Below are positions 48,154-59,908 of a DNA stretch of 64,000 bases, piece after piece. A program made the translations under genes and the position numbers. This DNA comes from the human T2T-CHM13v2.0 reference genome, Homo sapiens. The stretch is taken from assembly GCF_009914755.1 (NCBI RefSeq), contig NC_060939.1; one strand, 5' to 3'. Every line of letters starts with the position of its first letter. Positions within the stretch are counted from its first letter, which is position 1. The notes under the pieces were generated by a model that was given only the letters and a program-made list of their open reading frames with translations, did no database searches and was not told the origin of the DNA.

Positions 48154-48819
48154 ATATATTGTGTGGAAATAGGAGCAACTATTTACAGCTTCATCAGCTA
48201 TGTACATTAATTTCAAATATGCACATAGATATTATGAGACAAAAACTAATATATCTCATTAAAGACTATTTTCAGAGCTACATCAGATGTAAAATAAATA
48301 AGTGTATCACACTATAAAGTTTGACCTCAAATGTTTCAACTTAGACCACAGAGCAATTGGTTTGCTAATCTACTCTAGTTGTTTGGGTGATAAATAATAA
48401 ACTCAATAATCTATCGCCAATTTCTATCCCCCAAAAGTGAAAATATGTATTAAGAAAAAAGTTAAATCCTTCACAAGGAAGCCATTGATACCACTGTTTG
48501 GATTTCTAAAGGAAACTTGGTGCCCTACCCTCAATTTAAAAATCATCATCTTTTCTCTTGAATTTTTAGTGTCATACTATTCAGACCATCTAAAGTCATA
48601 CAAATGCTATCTACTGGTATCATCAGTGTAATAAAGATGTGTTTTTAACTTTATTAATGCATGAACTCAAATCTTTCCCCCTCAGAGAGCAAGGGAACTT
48701 ATGAGGAAAGCAGTCTTTGACTTGAAGCGCATTTCCTCACATTGCATATGAAAAGATGAACTCACTATAGTTGTTATTTCATCATACTCAAATATGTTTA
48801 CTATTTCAGAGAAATGTGC

Positions 48820-49010
48820 TAGTACTGTAGTCCTTAGATATATGTTAATAGTTAAATTTAAATTAAAGTTTAAAAATAGAATTTCTCAGTTGCACCAGTT
48901 GCATTTCAAATGCTCAATAGCCACATGTCTTTAGGGGCACCATGTTGGACAGAGCAAATAGAGAACATTTCTATCACTGAAGAAAGTTCTTTGGGTCAGT
49001 GCCATTCTAG
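48820..49010. mobile_element. MER3/MER33-like hAT-Charlie fragment
   Basis: ttctcagttgcaccagttgcatttcaaatgctcaatagccacatgt...tagagaacatttctatcactgaagaaagttctttgg. Confidence 0.75.
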
Positions 49011-52000
49011 GACAATGGATCAGGGAATATTATTGATCACCGTCTATTCTATTGTAATGAATAATGTTTGGACTGACTTTGTAGACACCCTCTTTTCCTG
49101 TGTCACATATTTTTCTTGCTTCACACACAGCTAAAGGTCTCTTACCATGTCCCAAAGATGCCTGCTACAGTCTATACCACACCTCAGAAGATAATCATTA
49201 ATTACTCTGAAAACAAAAATCTTTCTTCTGATTCTCATGAGTTTTGTGAAAAATAGAACAGGAATCACTAGGCATTTTTTTTTCCTACCTGTCAAATACA
49301 TGTGCTGAAAACACACAGAATTAGTAATTCTATTCAATTGTAGTATTAACTGTCTTGGCATACACATACACAGACAACAGACACACATGTGCGTGCACAC
49401 AGGCATAACCCCCACACCCCCACATGCCAATATAGACATGTTTTAATATTTTCCTGACATATTTTTATCTTTGAGATCCAACAGTATCATTTCATAAATA
49501 AATTTTATCAGTAGCTTATTATTTTTTCTGGTATAATATTTCTTTTTAATTTGCTATTGGTTTTGTAGCCTTTTCACCAATAGTGTAACCATCATTTGTA
49601 TCTGTTTTTTACTCTGAACAGTGTAATTCTGGATAATGCTTCCTTAGTTTGTGCTCTTGTCTTTCTTCAGTGGCAAAACATCAACAACTTTATACTAAAA
49701 AGCCTTTTTAATTATATATTGAAAAACATTTTGTAATTATTTGAAAATTCAATAACTTTATGTTCTCATTTGTTAAATTTTGTTAACAGCTAATTCATTG
49801 TGAAGTGAGAGAAAATTGTTCCATGGCCCAACAGAATCCAATTTTTAAATAATGATGTATTTTAGAGTTCTACATTTCTTTGGCTGACTTCATTATACTT
49901 AAAGATCCAATTTCCGAGAACACATCCGTTCACATTCTGTTTTACAAATGAAGTCCCATTTATTATTTCTACTAACAAGGCCATTCAGAAGGGGCCGTTG
50001 TTTGTGTTTTTATCTCCATCACTGTTTTATGCTTCAACAACCATTTTTTGGAGCTATTAATTCATTTATGTCACTAGGGTATATGACAAATCAACAGAGT
50101 TAAAACAAAAATGCAAATTTGATATGCAGAATATAAATAGTATATATACTACATATAAAAATTGGATATACATAGAAGGAATATACACATATATATGATG
50201 CGAAATTATGTTAGCTGTGATAAATTACATACTCCTTAAAAATGTGCACAGCTTTTAGGAAAGCAAAATAATTAAGTAGATTAGGATTTCTGTAAAAATC
50301 ACAGTTAATCTCACATTTAAAATTTTTGAAATATATACCAAAATTATTTTCCTTAGAATTTACCCACCTCAGGAAGATCAGTAGTTTGACCATGAAGTTT
50401 TGAGGATATTATTGGTGGGGTCAATCAGGCTGCTAGTGTCTCTAACCTGTGTATGCTTTTCAGGAGGGACTTTTAATGTTTTAGTTTTTAATCCTCAGGA
50501 AGTCATCTCTAAGGCATCCAGGGCAGGGTGTCAATGCTGTGCAAAATGCCTGCATTTGGTGGTGGTGGGGAGGGGGGAATCTTGGATGATGTCTACCACA
50601 CCTCCTTCTAGGACTGAGGTAGTTGGTGTCTCAGAAGTGAAATAAAGTTTACTAAAGTTTTAACAAGTCCATTCAGAAATGGAGCCAGAGTCACAGGAAG
50701 GAACAGGATTGCAGCCACGACTACAGCTCTCTAAGAATGTAAGTGCACGTAACAGGCAACACGCAGGAGTTATTTACCAAGGGAATAGAGGGCTACTTCT
50801 TAGGACTGACTCTCCCCAAGACGAAATGAACTTTTCAGGGTCACACAAAGTTCCAGGCTATCTAGCTGGGAACATAAACTCCCTGAAGTGCTGACGCCCA
50901 TTCCCACCCACGCTCTCACCCATCACCACAGAGGCAAATAAATTCAGACCAGTGATGTGTTATTTGCTCATCTTAATTAAAGAGAATATAATTACAACAT
51001 GTTTATGCAACTAACTTATACAGTAGTTATTTGCTTTCTTGGCATTGTCACAGAGGGAAATGTTTCATATAAAGGGACTTTGCATGTAACTAATTCAAGT
51101 ATAAAATCTCTTTAAAAATTTAAACATGTCATTTAAAAAATCTCTCTAAAGTTTCTTCTACATCCCCTAACCTGCTAAAGCAGGATGTACTAAATATACT
51201 TTTTATCTCCCTAATGACATTACATGAAGAACATCGATGATTTTGCTGTGCTGTATAAACTGAAGCCTTCAGAGGCTCTTAAAGCATGTGAGACTTCTTT
51301 CCTCTGCACTAAAGGGCCTCAAGCTATTCTATTTGTGCTTTTAAGTTTTCAGACTTCCCCTGTAGAAAAGTAGGCTTCAGTTGAGACTTCTCATTAGAGG
51401 GCCTGCTTCAAGTATTATCTTCCCGCCCTTCTGTTTTTTCCTTTCATTCCCTTCTACTATCTCTTTAAAATTGGTGTTTTCTTCCTTTTTTTTTTTTTTT
51501 TAGGCTGGAAAACAGGTATTCATATGAGTATGCTATAAGAGTCCATAGGTTTCCAAGTGGATGGTCAGTGGCTTTTCATGGAGTAAAGTAACAAGTGTAG
51601 GGAGCTGGTTCTTTGACAGCTGTCTCCTGGCATTTTTTTCTTTCTTCTTTTTCTATGTTCCCAACTGTGTAACAGAGGACTGAGGATACCCTACACTTGA
51701 TTTCTGATAGGAGGCATAGTTTTGCAATTTATGAAGCAGAGTTTTTTGTTATTTCTGAACATCTTAAATACGAAATGAAAAATCAGCACTGAGAGAAAAA
51801 GCACATAAGTACATGCCTTTTAACCATGTGATTTTTGCAATTATTGATTTTCTTGGCATTTGTTTCAGTCCATGTTTTCTGTTACTGGTGTCAGATACAT
51901 TTTACTTAGAAATGCTACCTGATGAAAATCCTATAGTACAGAACTCCCTTTCCTCCCTGTGTTTTTATTCACAGTGTACAGTATCTTCTAACTTTGAGGA

Positions 52001-54104
52001 ATCACTGCAGCAAGTTGTAAATGATATATGGAGTGACAAGTTTTCCCTACTGAATTAAAAGAGAAAAAGTACTGAGCAATGACTGCTGTGATGCACTGTT
52101 TCCAGTAATATTTAGTTTATACAAAGCTTTGGAAACCCAGCAGGCCCTGAGCTTTCTACACAGTGAGACAAAACCCAGACCAAAATGCATTTAATGTGCT
52201 CATTTCTTTTTTCTTTCTCTTCAATACATTTCCAGTTGAGCAATCAGTTTCATGCCCCAGGGTGCACTGCATGCCTATAACCCTAGCTATGCAAAGAGCT
52301 TGGATTACGATTGGATCTGGAGGTAGGAGTAGGAATTGCAGCTTCTTTGGTCTCTTGCCAAATACCATTAGGAAGAGAAATGGATCTACAAAAAAATTCT
52401 GAGTGTGTGTGTTGGTGGTAGGGGAAGGGAATATGTGTGCATGCATTTAAGGGAAAAGAATAAATAGCTGGCCTCGACCATTAAGCCAGTCTCATCCTGG
52501 GTGTCCAGACTTCTGCTGGGCAGGGAGGAAATGCTCACATCCTGGATCAATGGGCTGTTCACAACACCATCCCTTCTGGGACACACTTGGAAAGGGACAT
52601 AGATGATATCAACACAGATAAAGGTATGAGGATAGAGACATCTAGAAGAAAAGCCTCCTTTTGAGTGTGCATTGAAAGATAGCTTTTTAAAAAAAGATGT
52701 GTGACCCCAAACTGCCACGGGCACTGTTTTAACTTAGAAATATTTATACATCTATCCTAATTAGAATTATTTTATAGGAAATTTCCAGTATGAAATCTAC
52801 TGAGATACAGTGGTGGAGAATGTCTTTTGACTTTTACTTGATACTGGCAAGCCAAATGACTTATTGTAAAGAGGATCAAACACAAGCAACACTGCCAACT
52901 CACATGGGATTTGGCTCCATCTGAGGTCAGGACCTCACTGCTAACCTCAAAAGGTTTGACTTAATGCTAAAGTGTTCTTTTCCTGCAGTGCTTGCTTACC
53001 TAGTGGTTCTCAAGCATTTTTTGGAGAAAAAGTGGTTTGGGCGTAGCCTAAGGATAAAGCTCATATGCATGATATTTTCCCATCAGATGGGTGGAAAGAT
53101 TATATAGATAAGCTAGGTTTTGGATTAAATTTCTTGTACTTTTTCTATAGCTCTACCTCTTTTCTTTCCATTGATGCATAACAGACCTATATGTAACAAC
53201 ACAATTAAGAATCAGCGCATGGCCCTTAATACCTATTTACCGGTTGCTCAGAGATTTGAACTTGATGATCATTAGTATTGTTCAGAAAAATTGTATCCAT
53301 GAAGTCCAAGTTTAAATATCTACACAGAATTAAATAATCACAATATTTATAAATATAATAGAGAATTTGAAAAGGATTTTAAAAAGTGAAAATATATAAG
53401 GCTTTTAAAAATTACATTTATATCATAATCACACATTCACATTACCTTATAATAATTTATCCTTTATCCTCCATTATACTAAGTCCTGTAATGTTTCAAG
53501 TTTAAAAAATATCAAAATTCAAGTTAAAAATCACTTTTCTATCTCTCTCTTTAATAGAATGTCTTTAGGCACTTCTTCATAATTCCAGGAAAAAATTCAG
53601 ATTGACATCTTAGCATCTCAGATCAACTCTCTGAATGATCATGTTTCTGGTAGCTTTATCTTCCATAATCAGAAACAATAAAATGAAATTAAAATAAAAT
53701 TTAGGTATCACAAGTATATTACTGCTTTTCTTTCATGCTTGCTGTCACTGCCTTTTTTCTGATCAAATATATTTCTTACCTTACTGGTTCTCATTATTTA
53801 ATATTTGTTCAATTTTGGTGATTTGTTTTCTTTGCTTTGAAGTTCAACTTTGTTGATTTTCCTATTTCTTCACTTTAATTATCATCTACTAAACATCTCT
53901 AAGTGAAGACTAAATACTGAGGCCATCTACTAAATTGAACTTTCTCTGCTTTTAAAAAAAAAGTTGATTTGATGCAACAAAAATATTGACCAATATTTTT
54001 AAATAAATTTTATACAGGCCCACAGCCCTGATTACAACTTCTGCCACCTAGATCCTGAATCCATAGATGCCATCTCTGCTCCGAAGTCTGATGACAAGAA
54101 TAAT

Positions 54105-54290
54105 GATGATGACTGATGATGACAAACTGTTCTAAATGCCTTCTGTGTATTATCTCATGCGATCCTCAGAGCAACCCTTTGAAAGTAGATACACTACTAT
54201 TCCATTTCACAAATGAGGAGGCTGAAGCCCGGAAAGACTTAGAAAATTTCCAAGGCCTTATCAATATTATGTCTGAAGTAGCTTCAGACC
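54105..54290 (-). mobile_element. MIR
   Basis: ctgttctaaatgc...tattatctcat...atcctcagagcaacccttt...ccatttcacaaatgaggaggctgaagccc. Confidence 0.8.
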
Positions 54291-55123
54291 ACTTGTCTTC
54301 ATCACTCCCCATTAAGCCTGCTGGGTTTTCCCTCTGAAGTTCTCCTAAAGAACATATCCACACTAATTATTCTGACAGTTTTGACAGGAAGACAGAGGAG
54401 GGCTTACACTATGCACCAATAGCAAACAACTATTAATAAAGTTTCATATTAATTATGTTCTCCAAAATCCCTTCTTGACAATCTTATCCCTTCCATGGCA
54501 TTTCTCTGTGTTGCCTCCATCCATAAACCTCAGCAGGTTGTCAGTTGTCAGCAACTTGAGAATCCCCTGCAAACTTTTGGTTCTCTTTCCTCAATTCTAT
54601 AGAACATTCAGCTCTATTCAGTCCTTGCTCCTTGGCTAGCCTACAATACTACCCAGGTGTTCAGCTACAAACTGCCTTCCCCAGAATGAATACCACATAC
54701 TCAGAAGGTAATCATGGTATATGGTGCTGAGATATGGTGTTTCTATTAGAATTTGTTTCTATGTGCTTACAAAGCCTTTATAATTATAATTTTAATGGCT
54801 CACTAAATTATCTCCTGCTCATGTTACATAGTAAGCCATTTTTAATTGTTGAATATTTTGGTGGTTTTGTTTGTTTTATTTATATATCACAACAAACATT
54901 TTTATTCATTTGGACTTTGTGTATGTTGAATTATTGCTTTAAAATAAATTCCCAGAGGAGAGAGTACTCAGTCAAAGGATATGAATATGTTTATGTTGCA
55001 TTATTTTACAAATCAGTTGTATCAGCTAACAGAGTTGTGTATAAGTTAAAAGCCATACCAAAGCTTTGTCAACACTATTTCTATTTTCTTACTATGTAGA
55101 AGCATGAAAATATTCCCTCATGT

Positions 55124-55257
55124 ACAGAAGATCCCTGACTTACAATGGTTCAACTTATGATTTTTCAATTTTGTCCTGGCTTTATGGGGTATTGAATGCA
55201 TTTTTGACTCACATATTATGTTTATCAGGAAACCCATCTGAAGTCAAGGAGCATCCA
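55124..55257 (-). mobile_element. Short MER47-like (Tigger5-derived) element
   Basis: ta-cagaagatccctgacttacaatggtt ... aaacccatctgaagtcaaggagcatc form imperfect TIRs. Confidence 0.6.
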
Positions 55258-56026
55258 CGTTTGTTTCTATTTGTGTTTTATCTAATGTGAGTGCTTTTTA
55301 CAAACACTTTGATCTTTACCTATATGGTGAAACAATTTTTCTTTGTTGTTTTGTTTCTGCATTTCAATACTGTTTCACACAAAGACCACTTTTGGTCTGC
55401 TATACTTGATACAAGTATTTTAACTTCAGTTTTACTGCTTTTTCATTTTTCTACAAGTTTTAGATTTCAAGTATATTTCAAATATACTTTGAATTGGTCA
55501 GGCTAAACCTTTGCAATTACTGTTTTTGCTTCAAAGGTGAGAAATCCACCATTTCCAAAGATCAGATAATGATTCTATTTTCTCCTTTAAAACATTGTTT
55601 TATGTTTCCCACTTTCATAGACATGGCCTATATTTTGGAGTCTGGTAGTAATATTTGGTGTTGGGCAGGTTTTCATGTTTCCAAATTTTCAATAAGACTG
55701 TTTTGTCAGGGCAGGGTTGGTAAAGGGAAGAGTGCAAACACTGTTTTCCCAGAGCCAATGACCCAAGAAGGAAGGAGTGGTGAAGGCAGAGCACACGGGG
55801 GGTGCTGCAAGGGCGGGAGGCAGAGCATCTACCTTACAGTCTGGTCTTTGGATGTCCCTGTGCTGGAACTTTCAGTTAGGCATGAGACCTTAGTTATGAC
55901 CTGTGATATGGGAACTAGATTGATGGGTTTAACTGCTTCAAGGTAGTTTAGAAAAGCCACTTGAAGACCTATCTTTTACTTTAGCATGAATATTTTTGAC
56001 CAAAATTTGCAAAGAAAGGGAATTTT

Positions 56027-56060
56027 ATTTAAGCCAGGTATAATTGTACCTGGCTTAAAT
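56027..56060. repeat. Near-perfect 34-bp palindrome
   Basis: ATTTAAGCCAGGTA-TAATTG-TACCTGGCTTAAAT, with exact 14-bp arms. Confidence 0.95.
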
Positions 56061-57129
56061 TTATAATTTTATTTACTTATGCTCAATGTGAGCATAATTG
56101 TAGGTTTAAAGAAGAAAATGGAATTTTAGTTTTTTTTCCTTTTATTAAATGAGGCCATATAAAAGAAGCAAAAAAAAAAACTGTGGTAAAATTAAAATAA
56201 AATAAATTTATATAAAAAACAAAAGAACTTCATTGTGAGTTTTCTGCTCCCTTTCCCTAATGATATCCTGGGAACAAGACTAGTCACACCTCATTTCCCC
56301 ACACCTTTGGGGCCCACAGAGGAAATGAGGGTCTTGGTCCCAAAGTTTGAGGGAAGTGTTTCTTCTCTGGGCCCAAGATTAAGTTGGCCCCTATATTCCA
56401 AGTTCAGTAACAGAAGCATGGGGATCACACTGACCAGAAGATGGTGGTGGTCCCAGGGCAGGTAGCTGCAGATTTTCCTCTTTTCTCAGTGTCTTTTTTT
56501 CTGATGTTAGCTTTCCTGCTTGGTTTTACTTAAAGCCAGAATTTCTTGACCAAAAAAAAAAAAAAAAAAAAAAGTAGGTAACTGAAGAAAGATAAGGTTT
56601 ACCTGAAAATTCAGATATTTTATATAACTGTAATTCCTTAACCTCCATTTAAATCCCCAAATTCACAGAATATAAATACTAGGCTAAAATACAAATTGAT
56701 TTTGTCAATGGCTTGATTCTTCTGTGAGCAGGTTTTCTGTTACGAAAAAATGTTTCTATAAAACAATTAGTCAGGTGTATAACCAGAGAGCCACAGTAAC
56801 AATACTGCTTTCTTGTACATAGTACATCTTGCTGGCTGGCACGTGGGAAGGAGAAACAGAGGGAGAGGCATAGAACATGCATCAGGAGTCTACTTCTCAA
56901 ATATTCTCTAGACCTTCACTGACTAGTCCCACATCAGAGAAAAATTTGTTCTTCACCTCTACTAAAGCGAATTCCTTTTTTTCCTGTAATTCTACTCCCT
57001 CCTGACTTCTCTAAATTCACCAGCCTTTTAAATATATATATATATCTTATTTCTGATCTTTGCTTTAAAACATATTGGGGAATTAGGGAGCAAAAATTAA
57101 TAATAATTAAAGAAGGGGAGAGAGAAAGT

Positions 57130-57360
57130 GAGATTTATTGAGTACATGTTATGGGCCAATCAATTTATGTGTGTGTTCTTATCTCGACATCCCTCAAAAC
57201 TATCAACCATCACATCAGAGCTGTGAAATAGCATTTTTAATTCATTTTACACATCAAAAAACCTGAGATTCTAGGAGCTTAAGTAACTTGGACAAGGTTA
57301 CACTGCTAATATGCTACATCACTGATACTGAAATTCAAATCTATTTAATTTCAGAGCCTG
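57130..57360 (-). mobile_element. MIR
   Basis: atttattgagtac...cattttacac...ttaagtaacttggacaaggttacactgcta...ttcagagcctgtgc. Confidence 0.75.
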
Positions 57361-57634
57361 TGCACTATACAACTCTGCCAAGCTACAAACATCCTCTCAT
57401 TAAAAAAAAAAAAAAAATCAAAATCTTTTGACCTTGCAACCCTTCAAGCTTCTGCTTGCTGAGTCTAAAGATCTTTTGACAAATCCTGATTGTCCCACAG
57501 CCAGCACATGTGCCTGACCCCTTGATGCTCCTTCAGGTTTCTGCCCATAATTATTCTAGCGCCATCACTGGGTAAGTGATGGACCTGTTGCACCTGTCTC
57601 TTTCACTGGGTTCCAGCACGGCAAAGCTTTTCGT

Positions 57635-57770
57635 TTGTTTAAGTTCAGATCTCAGTTTTGGACTGACTAGCGAGTGAGGTTAGGCAAATTATTTATCCTC
57701 TTTTGCTCTTCATAACTATATAAAAATGAAAAAAATTTACCTCATAGGGTTATTATAGGCAGAAATAATC
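57635..57770 (+). mobile_element. MIR
   Basis: aagttcagatctcagtt...ttaggcaaattattt...ctatataaaaatg...acctcatagggttatt. Confidence 0.7.
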
Positions 57771-57789
57771 TTGAAAATATAGTGAGAGT

Positions 57790-59390
57790 TCTTGACTACT
57801 TTTTTAGGCTAATAAATTACAGGGTGGAAATCATGTGATTTCAATTCACCTACTGCATGTAGCATGGTGTCTATTTCATAAGAATTTAATAAAATTTTGT
57901 TAAGTAAATGAATATAGTTATGAGAAGACTATACTCATTGCTTCTAACTCTTCTTTTAAAGCCCTTGTAATCTGGCTTCCACAACCACCAATTCACTAAA
58001 ATTACCGAAATAATAAGTAGTATCTTAATAAATCCAATTCAAAGTTTCCTGTCTTCGTTTATTAAATATTAGGCATCAGTACTAGTACCCTATTTCCAAA
58101 ACTCTTCCTTCCCCTGACCAGTGGCATGGCACTCAAGTGGACCTGTATATTTTTCATGGCCAACTCTGTTGATTTTAACTCCTATAAAATCTCTGCATCC
58201 ACATTCCTCTGCTCCTATGCACTGCTATGTATCTAATTCTAGCTTTTATTACCTTACACCATGACATGCAGAGGGACTGCACATACACTAGGGCCAGTGG
58301 GAAGAACTGACTCATAAATGAACCTAGGAAAAACTGGTATGGTCATAGATTAGAAAGCAAAAGTAAGCCTGAGTGGAAGGTAAGCCCTGCAGGAATGGCT
58401 CCTAATTCATCATCTTGCACCCGCTTTTTCCCCGAACCATCCTTTTTTTTTCCTACACATTGGCAGAGTTCTTTTTTCAAAATACAAAACTGATTATATC
58501 GCCCATACATAAAACCTGTCAATGTCTTCCCTTTGCTCTGAAAATGAAGAACACCATCCCTAATGCAGCCCATTTGGCCAAATATGATCCCAGCCTTTTC
58601 TCACTGCTTCAGCCTCACATCCGTGAGTCTTACTTTTGCTTCCTGAGCTGTGGCTACACCAGTTTTTCTTAGATTCGTTTACAATCCCATTCTCCCCACT
58701 GGCCCTAGTATACACGAAGTCCCTCTGCATATTTCCCCTCTTCTTGATTTCATCAACTTCCATTTTATCTTCATATGTTAATTGTCACTTTCCCAAAGAG
58801 TCTTCTGTGAACTCCCTGACCAAGTCACTCACCCCATTAAACACTCAGAGAACAACATTCCTCTCCTTCAGAGCCCTTGTCACAGCTCCAATTTTACATG
58901 TATTTGTCAGATTATTGGATTAATGTCTGTCTCCCCTACTAAACTGCAAGTTCCATGAGGCTAGCAGTGTGTCTGATTTGTCTCCTTTTGCACACCTGGC
59001 ACTTACACCAGGAACTGGCACATTGAATGAGCTCAGAATACTTTGTTAAATGAATGAATGAACAAATGAATGAGTCAATCTATCAATAATGGTCATACAG
59101 TTTTTTCACTTTTGAGCATTTCTTCTCTGCCATTTTGCTACCTCCTTTTAGTTTTCATGCCCCAAATGTAGGCATTCTCAAGGTTCTTTACTCAATCATT
59201 ATCTTTTGTTTCTTCCTAATTTTTCCCATGGAAATATCATCCTTTCCCATAGCTTTAACCACCAAACCTGTGCAGTTAAGCACATCGACTCCTCCATGGT
59301 TTCCTAATGCAGTCAATAGTCTCTATCAATATCTCCACAATGTTGCTTACTTTAAAAAATTCTTTTATTTTTGACTATCATCCTTAGGTT
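57790..59390 (+). mobile_element. L2 fragments, including a clear 3' end at ~58400-59072
   Basis: tgtctgtctcccctactaaactgcaagttccatgagg...ctggcaca...ctcagaatactttgttaaatgaatgaatgaa. Confidence 0.75.
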
Positions 59391-59473
59391 CTATGTATGG
59401 GGATTGAGTATCAAAAAGCAGTAATTCAGCAGACAAATATATTTGATCAATAACAAGCAAATGAAAGGACTGA

Positions 59474-59908
<435 letters not shown>

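Noticed and set aside
52922-52937. tgaggtc-ag-gacctca hairpin, resembling a nuclear-receptor IR0 site
   Set aside because: Seven-bp arms and a one-mismatch 12-mer are expected by chance in 64 kb.
55494-55946. 150-aa ORF in unique sequence (also 54734, 59841, 61150)
   Set aside because: No recognisable homology or exon structure, several use non-ATG starts or overlap repeats, and the lengths are within chance expectation.
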